Origin: Guillardia theta CCMP2712
Taxonomy: Eukaryota > Protista > Cryptophyta
Direction of reading: 5' to 3'
Assembly: GCF_000315625.1 (NCBI RefSeq)
Contig: NW_005434636.1
Location: 393,298 to 457,297 of the forward strand
Length of the DNA: 64,000 nt
Shown: piece after piece, positions 9,749 to 20,985 of the stretch
How positions within the stretch are numbered: position 1 is the first letter of the stretch
How the letters are laid out: every line of letters starts with the position of its first letter
The notes under the pieces: model-generated
Told to the model about the DNA's origin: nothing
Databases searched by the model: none
The model's input: the letters and a program-made list of their open reading frames with translations, nothing else
Made by a program: the position numbers and the translations under genes

Positions 9749-12295
9749 CGTGTATCTGTCAAACAAATCAGCAATCAGCAATTTCAGTCAATAAACGAGG
9801 AGAAGAGCAATCTTTAATGAAATCTTCTTATCCCCCCACGCCCTGGATTGCCCCCTGTATCCTCCCTCGCCGCCTTCCCTTGATCGCCCCTTCCTGCCTT
9901 GTCCTTGCTTGCTGTCCATCTGAGCTAAGCTCTTCCTCTCCCGTCCCACTATGTCTTCTCCCTCTATCTCGACTCGCATTGCCTTCCGCTGATTTTTCAT
10001 TTTTTCACAGAGGGCATTGACTGGCACCAGTGATGACTTGGACGACCCCTACCCCCATTTCTCAAGAGGTCAGAGGGGTCTCGTGGGTAGACTTCGGAAA
10101 AGGTGGTTCAAAATAAAGGTACCCTACCCCTCAAATGAAATTAGGAAAGTACCGGTGATCTACGTACTCCGCTCCTCACCTTATTGCACAAAGAGAACTA
10201 CCACCCCACCTTGTCGGTTCTCTTCATCTCAAAGGGGACAGTAGGGGTAGCTGACGGAGTTTCATCGATCCTCTTTACAAACATGTTGTTTTAAGAGGTT
10301 TCACACACTGCCGTCAAGAGTTGAAATGTCTTTACAAAATTTAGGCAGTTCCATCGAAAAATTTATCGGTTACTCCTTTTAACGATTTCAGTTTTACTTG
10401 GAATCTCCGATATCTTTCTAACAAGTTTTGCGGCTACAATAGTGTAGGGTTTATTGGGGTTTAGGGTTACACAAGTTTACAATAGTCAAGTTGCGGTTCA
10501 ACGGTTTTAGTACCTGGGCCTGTTACGGTTTGCTCCACTTGCAGTTCAAGCCCAGCGGTGGAGCAAACGGGTAACTGCAAGCCGGGCGGCAGCGCTGGAT
10601 GGTGCAAGACGTCTCAGGTGATAATCGACTTGTAACTTCCGCACTGCGGCACTGCGGCACCCGGTCCAGGATCACATGATGGGCCGTCACGTGTTTCCGA
10701 AAGTTGAAGGCTCAAGTACCGGGAAGTTTGTCTGTGACTCGGGCCCGTGCCAGTAGTACCGTAGTACGGTCCGGCGGGCCGGGCCGCGGACTGATGGAAC
10801 GTATGCCAGCCGTGCCAGTCAGACACATTCGGATGACTCCTCTCTTCAATCAGGCTCTCTCTCTAGCCGCAAGTTGTTTAGGCCTCTCATCTCAGCCTCA
10901 ATTTGTTTGATTGATCTTCGAATAGGAAAGACAAGCCTCCCCCAGCCAGATTGGTCGGTCGAATATCTGACTCGAACTGTGGGAACACACTTGGAGCTTA
11001 TTCGATTCATATTTTCTTGATCTTTGAGTAGGATCAAATGGAACTACCAGGAGATCTGGCGGAAGTTTCATGTCATAGAGCTAGGCGGTACAACGGCAGT
11101 GCACAACATCTTCAAATGCCTTGATGGTCGGGTGACAAGTTCTTTACGGTTCAAAAATTTATCTTTTGGTCTTCAAATGCCGGCGGGCACGCTCTCTCTC
11201 TCTCTCGCTCTCTGTTATCTGAAGTTCTCTCCTCAGACTCTCTTATCTTATCTCCCGGCTTATCTCTGCACCGTGCACATCTAATAGCCCTGCCATGAAA
11301 ATCTTCTACAGAATGGACAATCTTTGAATGGTTATGACTTTCTGACGTCCGATGTAACGTACTATCTCAGAAACTCGGGAGGAGGATGGAACGTATGCGG
11401 CAGCCGTGCCAGTCCGATCAGATAGCGCCGACTCGGTTAACAAACTTGAACTCAGGCTCCTGTAAACTTGCGGCGGCATGTAGCGTGTGGGACGAAGAGG
11501 GGGCTTTCCTAGCCGTCTTGTTAAGGTCCTCTCATGTCTGGATGCTTGGGTTTCACATCCTAGCATTATGTGACAGTCTACTAGCGATGATCTCTTGATG
11601 TGCTCCTCAATTCTGGTTTTGTGTGCATTAAACTCGGTCTTGAGCAAAAACTGTCTTGCTTCAATGCTCTGGAGTCCTGATTCACGGTCCTCGTAGTGAT
11701 CTTTAACTTAACTTAGGCTTTCAGAAACTCCGGCGCTGGCGGCCCGCCGCCCCGGCGCCGCCCGGGCCCCGGCGCGCACCGGCGTGTAACGAGAATAACG
11801 GATAAAGTTTGACAGTCTCCTACTGTAGTTTACTTAATTTCTTCAAATAAGTAAAAATATCACTGCCGGAAATAGCCCTTAGGACGAGGACTGCACCATG
11901 TGAGTACAGGAGCATGAGGAGGGGGGAAGGGCCGCAGGAAGAGGAAGAGAGACGAAGTTTCACCGAACATGAAGAGAGATATGCTGGAGACGGGATAGGA
12001 TATGTGTCGTGCAGATGGGGAAAGGAGCACCAAAGTGTTGCATGTGAAAGGATTATCTAGCCCTGTGAGTTTAATTGAACGGGGGGGGGAGAGCAGGGAG
12101 GTGAGAGCAAGATTGAAATGGGCTAGATAGTAGGAGGTCACGTCAGCTAATTTTGAGTTGTCGTGCGATAGAGAGATGAGGTCTAGAGTAAAATCGAGCG
12201 ACAAGAAGGTTGTCGATGATAATTTCTCCATTTGTAGGTCTCTGAAGATCCGGCCGTTGTTTGAAATCCTTCAAGAGGGAGTTGCTAAAAACGCC

Positions 12296-13520
12296 ATGAA
12301 CGCGAGGACTACCGCGCTCCAGGTGATCCTTCAGACTGAATGCCGACTCGACTCAAAATGCGTTGCAGGCCGCAGAGGCTGCTCCTGCTGCGTCCTCTGG
12401 CAGTGTGTCGTTCCCCAACGACTATCCTAACTCGGTAGTTCTTCTCATTGCAGTGTTGTGACTTCTTGACGATGAGGATGAAGGTCAAGCACTTCTTGTT
12501 GATTGGATCCCTCGGCATGTTCTTGGGGGCATGTGTCTTCCTCTACCTCTCCCTCACCCGCGCCAAGTCCTCCTTGGCTCACACGGTAACCTTTCACATT
12601 GTTATCGATCCTTCCCGTTGCCTGACAAGGAAACTAGCTCATCTTCCTGGCTGCTGCCATCGCCTCCATGGCCTACTATGCCATGTGGACTGGCATCGGA
12701 GTAGAGTGAGTCTTGACCCAGGTTTCTTGTGCTTGGTTTTGACATGCTTCGGTCTCGACAGGTTGAAGACAACTGACCTCTCCCCTCGTGTCATCTTCCT
12801 TTCAAGATACGTGGATGCTCTGCTGACTCAGCCGGTGACTTGGTAGCTGACGACTGCGTTCTGGGATTGAAGTTGGTTTCCAGTTGATCCTCACGACCCT
12901 CTGCCTCATCAACAAGGCTGACAACTCCATCCTCGTCTCTCTTGTTGGCAACGACATCCTCATGGTCCTCGCCGGTACAGTTCCAGAGTCTTGTTCCTGA
13001 TGGCTCACCTCTGAGATCTCAGCCTTCATCGGTTCCCTCAACGTGGCTCCTTTGAAGTACATGTGGTGGTTCGCCAGCTTCATCTTCCTCGTCCTCGTTG
13101 TTGTGCAACTCGTTCAGAAGTTGGAGGGTGCAAATGATGTGTACAAGGTGATTTTGTCTCTCTTGTAACCACTTGGTTTCACATCTTATCTCCACAGATC
13201 CTTACCTACATCACCATTGCCAGCTCCTGCATTTATTCCATCGTCTGGCTCCTCGGCTCCGAAGGAACAGCGGCTCTTGGGTTGACTCAGGAGGTGTCAT
13301 TCCGCCGTCTTGTATTCTGTCGGGTTGAAATGCGAGCAGGTTGGACTCATCACCCTGACTGACCTGGTGTCCAAGCTTGGCTTTGGTCTCTACTTCCTCT
13401 TCAACTACGGTGAACTCAAAAGTCGTTGCAGAGTTTTGATTGTTCTGACGCTCAACAGACGCTGCCATGGGTGAGGACGACACAGATGCCCAGAACCAGC
13501 AGTCTCAGCAATACGTCTGA
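12296..13520 (+). CDS. Microbial (type I) rhodopsin, 10 exons, ~259 aa
   Basis: Manual splicing with introns 12323-12368, 12435-12483, 12586-12637, 12706-12761, 12835-12883, 12975-13022, 13148-13197, 13294-13339, 13410-13458 (all GT..AG, 46-56 nt) gives an open 7-TM protein. Motifs: helix B AIASMAYYAMWTG, helix C RYVDALLTQPLIL, helix D LVGNDILM, helix F YSIVWLLGSEG, helix G DLVSKLGFG (Lys codon 13373-13375). An additional upstream exon is possible. Confidence 0.93.
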
Positions 13521-13712
13521 AGATGATTTTTCGAATACAAGTATGTTGTCCGTAATGTGCTATCAACATGGTGTGTGCTCTGAGGCAATCAATGCCGACC
13601 TGTGAAATAAAGGGAAAGAATGCTTCGGGAAAATCCAATGATACAAGAGCTGATATGCGACAATCTTCATCTTTCATAGACATCCTTCGTAGACTTCCCG
13701 CAAGCCGCAAGA

Positions 13713-16700
13713 TCAGGCCGTGTCGATTTTGACAGCCAACACGTGCTTAAGTTCGCCTTGAGAGGCAACGAACTGTTCCCAAAGCAGATTCAAGCTCGAC
13801 TGGAATGCGTTAGCCTGGCAAACATGTTAGTTGCAACACAATAGCGCTTGTCGAGGAACCCAAGCGTCCACGTCGAAGAGCTCAGATCTTGATCGCTGAT
13901 GGCGAAGATAACCTCGGAATTTCTCCGCAATCTCTGACTTCTGCGCTAGGAGGACCTAGAGGCACCAGTCACAATTGCGGAGCTGCAAGAGTGAGAGGAA
14001 GCTCACTGTCATGTCTTCGAGCTCGGACGTGGTGCGGGCGACCAGAGAAGCTGCTGCTGGGCCGAGGGAGAGAACCTGACTTGCTCCGCTCCTGCTCGAC
14101 ATGTTGAAGCCTGGCATGGTAAGCGAAGGGATCTGCAGCAGCAGCATGAGCATCGAAACTCGAGCATCATCGCGCTTACAGCTGCCCATAACATGGAGCC
14201 AAAGGTTGCAGAGGACGAGATGTCCGGTCCCGTATCTAACACCACATCTTGAAAGTGTCAGAGCTGCGATAGATGTTTCACAGGTTTCAACCTGCACACA
14301 AGGCAGCGGCAAGATACTCCATGTCTGACAAGACAAGAGAGCCGTTCCCAGCATGTCTAGCGCGGATGTCACAGCTAGGAGGCAAGGAGGACGACTTGAG
14401 TCTGACTTACCTGGTGCACTTCCCGCCCAGGCATCTGACCTCAGGCGGGGAGAACAAGACCCGAGAGACGTTCAGTCCTCTTCGCTTGAATTCAACTGAA
14501 ACATTCTCATCTCACTGAATGTGACAGGAGCGAGTACCCCTGAGGTTCTCCTCAGCAAGTGGGTTGTATCTCGGGATCCAGAGCACGGAGTCCTCAACCC
14601 TGGCACCAAATTTCAACCATGAGGTCTCTACCGTCTCATGCGACCTCTTCAGTATCCTCACCCAGCTGTCCACCAGCTCCTGGCTGATCTTATTTGCCTC
14701 GCAAAAGCTGAGAAATGCTCACAGAGAGCAAATCTGAGAGGCATCAAACCTGCAGACGAGTGGAGCAACCTCAGGCAACCCAAAACGAGACCTGCACAGG
14801 TTGAGCAATGTAAAGGAGAGACTGTCGCCCGGACCTCATCTGCGGCACATGCTGGCTGGGTAAGTCAAGGACTCCTTGACGAGAAAGTTTGAAATCATTC
14901 AGAAGGACAGAAAGTGGAAGGTAAAGGAATCTGCTTGAGGTCTTGAGTTCACAATCGAAGTGAACATACAGAGAATCACTTCTCGGAAGTTGTGGAAACT
15001 GCCTCCGGAGGAGTGATCACACGGTCCGACAACATGTAATCGATGTAACTTGCTTCTTGTGTTAACATGCTGCCGAAGTGAACCTGACAAAAGTAAAGAT
15101 CATTTGTTGCCCTACAACGCAAGGGAAGTCACTTGCACTGGAGCTGCTCTGAGTGACATCACAGATAAATGAAAGGGAGTGCTTCGTTCCGCCACGTCCA
15201 GTAGAATGTGAACTTTCTCCGATGAAATCATCTTTCCTATTTGAACGGCTGATCTTCGGTTCTCTGACCCTTCATAAAACTCGTTCACAACTCGTATATT
15301 CTTGAATCTGAAGCTGTTTGTCGACGTTGCGTCGCTGGGCAGCTTCTTTGAGTTGTTAGATGTCAGTGAAGAGGGTTTGGGTACATCAAAAAATTTGTGT
15401 ACCTTCAGCATATAAACATTGATGGCAAATCTTTGTGATGACAATACATCGCAAACTGATGGTAAATACTGAAGATTGGTACCATTCCTGAAATTGTCAA
15501 GCAGTATACCGACTAGCAAACAATCTCAATCATTCGTCTGATTTCACGGCAAGTTACCTTGCAAAACCTTGAGATCGATTTGAAGGATGGAGTTTAGATA
15601 CAAGTGCACGTTGTTGCTAATATCATACATGGCAGCTTGATTCCTGATGAAGAACTTGAGGGTCGAGAGACAGCAGGAGTCTCAAGACCTGGCAATTCTC
15701 CTGGCGAGATGCTCGTCGAGGCGGTAGAGGATGCAGTTGAAGGGCTGGAGGTCTTCATTCGCATCTATCCCCGTGTTCACTCTGCATTCCAATCACTTGA
15801 GCTCCAGGCAAAATTTGCAGACCTCTCCAAGACTTCAGTTCGTATCGCTTCCATCTCTTGCCAATTGCAGGCAGTCTGGGATCAAAAAGTATGAGCTATG
15901 AGCATCAGGTGATTTGCCGACAACCTGCAATGAGGTATAGTAGTTGGCGATGATCGATATGTGTACCGAGCTCCAATTCTTCTGTCGACGATGAAATTGA
16001 GAATCGGGAGCAAGAATAACACGTCATGAAAACCTGTGCTAGGCGAAAGGCAGAGGAATATGCCATGATTGCTTCCTAATCTCAGGGAGAATGGTCATGG
16101 AGTAATCATTTCTGCAAGTAAAATCACTGGTATGCTTCCCAGCTGCTCTAGCACAGCCCCAAGGTTGTTATACGCCTCGTATGAGTGAGGACTGATCTGC
16201 GTCGCATTCTACGTACGATGCGACAAGCAAGACATTAGACAAGCGTCTCCCCAAGACAAGTCGAGTCACCTGAAAGCTCCATCGCGACTCTTGAAGTCTC
16301 CCGAGCTGCTGATAGCACATCCCTAGATTGTAATAAGCACTCGCAAGCTTCCCCGAGAACGTCAGGGAGAGAGTGTAAGCACTGATCGCTCTCTCGAACT
16401 CTCCTTTCTCCCACAGAGCGATACCAAGGTTGTAGTATACCATCCCGTGATCGGGTTTGAGCGAGGCTGCTGTCTCGTACGCTTGGACGGAGGCTTCAAG
16501 CTCGCCCAACGAGCGCAAGACGTTGCCCAAGTTCATCCAGCCGTCGCTGAACCCTGGGTCGCTGCGGATGGAAGCCTGGTGGTGCTTCTTCGCCCCTTGC
16601 AAGTCTCCCTTCAGGTGCAGCAGCGTCGCAACGTTGGCATGCGCATGAACATACGTGGGATCGACAGAGATTGCTTCCTTGAAGCTCGAAATGGCTTCAT

Positions 16701-17070
16701 CAATCATGTTGAGCTTATAGAAGATGTTCCCGATGTTGTAATGTGCTGTCGCATACTTTGGTTGTATGTGAATCACCTCACGAAAGGCCTCGATGGCCTT
16801 GTGGTCTTCTCCCCTCGCTGAGAACACTGTCCCTAAGTTGAAATATGCTGTCGCAAAGTCGCTCTTGCGACGTATCGCAGCTTCGTAACATGCTTGAGAT
16901 ACTTGCAACCTCCCCGCCGTCTGATGGAACAGACCAACGCTCAACAGCTCGTGTGAGTTTGCTTTCACACTCGCTCCGACGCATCCCTTCTGCTGCTTGC
17001 GAGTAGAAGCAAGACATTCTGACAGCAGCAAGAGTAGGGAAACTCTTAAACTTGACATGCGGCCAAACAT
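13713..17070 (-). CDS. TPR-repeat GT41 (O-GlcNAc/O-fucose transferase, OGT/SPINDLY-like) protein, spliced
   Basis: About 7 canonical TPRs in 16168..17070 (AYFNLG, AHYNIG, GWMNLG, VYYNLG, AYYNLG). Catalytic-half-like fragments: MISSEKVHILLD..LRAAPVQV, EDSVLW, and C-terminal LRHQRSRSELFDVDAW..LNLLWEQF..DTA* (stop 13713). Confidence 0.75.
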
Positions 17071-17757
17071 GCTGCGGACGTACTTCTCTCCTTTCTCTCT
17101 TCCTCCCCCTCCCCCCCCTCTATCGCTTCCTTTCCTCTGTTCCCTTCATCATACACCTCCCTCTCCTAAACTCTCCTCGTTACCGTGCCCCCCGCCCTTC
17201 CCGTCCCTTCAGTCCAGTCTCATCCTCACCCGCTCTCCCTCTCCACGTCTGTCTCACTTCGCCCTGGCTCCTCCCCTCCCCTCCATCCCCGTCGCTGCCT
17301 CCCTCCCTCTGCCCCTCAGCATTGCAACCGGTGGAGGATGCGGGTTGGCGCGCAAAAGCTACTCCAGCACGGGGGTTGAAGGGCGGGAGGAGCAATGCTG
17401 CGCAGAGTGAAGAGGACATGTTAGCAAGGAGCGCAGAACATGGATGATTGAGATTGTATCTGATCATCTAGCAGGACAGGTGCGACGAAATACCAGGCAG
17501 ATCATGCCAGGACAGGGTATTTCAGATGACACTTTTGGTAGATCTCAACAAGTCGCATCGTTGTTGTAACATTTTTGAAGGAATGACATCTATAACAACT
17601 TTTGTGGAAAAGAGAAGGACATCTCTAAACATCATTCCTGGGAAAAACTACCACATGCAAATCAATACTTACAAACATACAATATCTACAGAAACATTTG
17701 TCGAAGACAATCAGAGCACGAAAACTTTTCCCCAGAGCAGAGCAGATGGCAACATAC

Positions 17758-20700
17758 TTACGATCTCTTCGTATGTATCAGACGGTTTGGCCAATGCTGA
17801 GCATCCATGCGCACTTGCAGTCTGTCGGGAAACTCAAACTTCGCTGCCCGGACCCTTGTCTTGCTCAACGGCATCGACGCACTTGGGTCTTGATCGCGCG
17901 ACGATGACAACTTGGAAAAGAGCGAAGCATGCTTGCTCTGGATGGAGAAGTCTGTGATGGGCGGCGGGTTCAGGATGCGAGTCCTCTCTTCCAACATGGA
18001 GTCCTCCTCCTGCTGAAACTTGACATCTGCTTGCTGATACCTCCGCTGCATCCCGGTCGACTGTTTCTGAATCCTCTTGGAGATTCCTACGGCCACGTCC
18101 CAGTGCCAGCTTCGGTTCGAGTCGATGTGCCATGTGCTGCCATGCTCCACCACCCTCGACTCTCCCGCCTGCGCGTGCAGCTCCGACATGACGGCGAGCT
18201 CGGAGTTCCAGGCCGCGCTTTCCTCCCCATGGATCCGCCGGGTGAGCTCGAGAGCTCGCTCCTGCAACGTGTACGCGTCCTGGTAGTTGTTCTTCTCGGT
18301 GTGCAGGTTCACCAGGAGCTTCAGCAGCTCCAGGTACTTCTCGTCCTCTCCGGAGAGTTTTGACCTGATGTCGAGCGCCAGGTCAAACACTCTCAGCGCT
18401 TTCTTGTGGTATTTCTTCCAGGTCTCTGTCAGATGCGCGATTTCATGCTCGGGAGTTCCCTTGGGAAGCTTCTGCTCTAGACTTCGACTGTAGAACAAAC
18501 GGCCAAGATTCTCGAGCACAATGCAGGCTTCGTCGGAGGGAGCAAGGTCAAACTTCATCTCCTTCACCATCTCCGGGATCAGGTAGTATTCGTCCACTTC
18601 ACAGCTCTGCCTCTTCATGACGACAATCGAGGCTTCCAGGCTCTTTTCGGCTACTTCGAAGTGATACTCCATCTTCCTTACGTCCAGCTGTCCTCCTGAA
18701 ACAGAAAAATGTCGCTCAGCAAGAATCCTGTGCAGATTCCCAACGTTCGACAGCTTGAAAGAATATTCCGATGATACAGGCATCCACTTGGTTTGAGTTT
18801 GGATTGCCGTGATCCCATAATCTTCTCCTCGCACCTGCTTTCCATGCACATCTAAGACTTCGTGCCAAGCAAAGCTTTCAAACTCATGACCCCCTGACAA
18901 ATTGTTGGACAAAGATGAAACATTGAAGATGAATGATCCGATCTCAATATCTTCTAAACTGTTTTCGAGCATTTCCAAATGAGAAATGTTGTCCTTGACA
19001 TTTGCTAATGCTGTTTCTCGTAGCTTGAAGAAATGCAGTTCATCATTCAATGCCTCTTGTTTCCGCAAGAGCAGAGACTGTCTTCGCTTACCCTGACTTC
19101 TGAGGAAATCTACTTCTTCTTGATTCTTTTCCAAGGAAGAAGTGAGATTGTTCATCTCTTCTTGCTTTTCTGCACCCAGCAGTCAATAATGTTGCATTGA
19201 AGAAGCAAGCTTTACCTTCCAGCGCCTTTCTCTCAATTTCAAGTTTCTCCCGATAAATTTTGCGCATGTGATGTTCGCTCTTCAAGCGAATCACAACCTT
19301 ACAGTCGCCATGGATTTCAGGGATTCGAATCACTTGATTCCACTTGGGTTGCAGGTCACACCTTCGGACGTGTGTGCGGAATTTCATTCGCTGGCCTTGA
19401 CCTTGCACTTCCTCTATCCCTTGACCTTGCACTTCCTCTATCCCTTGACTTCGCATTTCCTCTATCTCCACGTATGGGTTACACCGACATTCCTCTCCCT
19501 CCCGCAGGCTGGGAAGGTGTCTGCCGGACATCACCAGCACCTCGAGAACTCCCTGACAAGAGTTGCCCGTCAAAGTCAAGGCCGTATTGTAGATCTTGAG
19601 AGATTCGTCGTAGTTGCCCATGGCCTCGTAGCAAGACCCTGCGTTGCTCAGAGTGGTGGCGTAGAAGGGGTGTTCCTTGCCGAGAGAGACCGCGTTGAGA
19701 TGGATCGCCTCCTGCAGACATGGGATTGCCTTGGAGTACTCTCCCTTCTCCCTCCATTGGATTCCATGTAGATTAGCTGTCTTTGCTCGCTCAATCTGAT
19801 CCTGTTGCGATCGGACAGTCTTCTGGAGGCTATCTCGGATCAAAGTGCCGGTCGACCAAACCCTGAGGTCGTCGTAAACGATGAGGTCAGCGAGCTTCAA
19901 CGCTTCCTTGAAGTGATGGATCGCTGCACTGAATTGCTTCTTGCCGTCCATCACGACAGCTTTCAGCATGTGCGCGGTCGGAGTGTCTGGAAGAATGCTG
20001 GAAAACTTGGTGGCATCTAACTCGGCGATCTCGAAACGGACCAACTTGCAGTAAGCTGCGCATCTCTTGGCGTAATACCGAGTGATGGTGTTATCCACCT
20101 CGATGCACATCCCGAAAAGTCTTGCGGCCTCGTTGTACTTCAACCTTGAAGAAAAAACGTCAGGTCCTCGCATGATCTGCATCAAGGTACCTTGCACTTT
20201 GATTCAAATGGTGGGCTCTGCTGTCTAGAATAGGGCAATAGAATAGTTTGATAGGGTCTTCTTTTATCTCTTCCTGTATTCCCTCCCAGAATAAAGCATC
20301 TCCCTCTTCCTCCCACCTTTCCGCCTGAAGGAACAATGTCATGAGAACAGCAGCAGCTCCTTGGACGAACCTCGTGTTGTCTCTCTGCAGCCAGTATCGT
20401 GCGTCTCTGAACCATCTCGTTCGCACTCGTATCGGAAGCCTGAAGGGAGTCGAGCAGTTCCACTTCTCTCACTAACACGCTCATATCAATCCGTGACTCC
20501 TTCAGCCCTGTGCCTGGCGATCCCGCGAGTCCGAAAGCCCCGCTGCCGGCGAAGACGATGGCGTCTCCTTCCTTTCCAGGTGTTCGAACAGAGATGGGGG
20601 TCACAGAGAGTTTGTTGTTCTCCACCTTGACGACGTTGATTGCTGAGCTCCCTGCCGTCCTCACGGTCAAGTGAGAGACACCGTCCACAAGGCATATCAT

Positions 20701-20850
20701 GAACTGCCCATCGACCTTGACGTAATGCACCAGAGGACCGAACAGTTCGAGCGGCGAAATGATCGAGATGCTCTCTGCTCCTGCCTCGTAGTCTTGCGAT
20801 ATCGCGCTCCTCCCCACCTGCATGTTCGCGCTGTCCCCGATCGCCGACAT
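17758..20850 (-). CDS. TPR-repeat protein with internal C2 domain (spliced)
   Basis: TPRs (YYAKRCAAY, HPFYATTLSNAGSCYEAMGNY, kinesin-light-chain-type ERALELTRRIHGE). C2 domain GVLEVLVMSGRHLP..NPYVEI..KFRTHV..LQPKWNQ. Joins ORFs 20182..20946, 19088..20197 and 17758..19155. Confidence 0.75.
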
Positions 20851-20985
20851 GCGAGCCGGGGGAGCGGTTTTTGGTGAGGTGAGCCTACTAGGCAGGACGG
20901 TAGAAACTGAAATTATCGAAAATGGGGTGATAGGGGGAGGTAGCATGTTGTGTAGCCGGGCGTGAAGAGAGAGAGGAGGGGGAAG

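Noticed and set aside
10444-10470. Telomere-like gggtttagggtt near the hairpin element, considered as a telomerase RNA template
   Set aside because: Under two repeats. On the C-rich strand the template would lie 3' of the structured region, opposite to the usual template-then-pseudoknot order.
12296-13520. Rhodopsin as an anion/cation channelrhodopsin or a Lys-less opsin
   Set aside because: Lys is present, there is no helix-C Cys at the T90 position and no long C-terminal domain; function left open.
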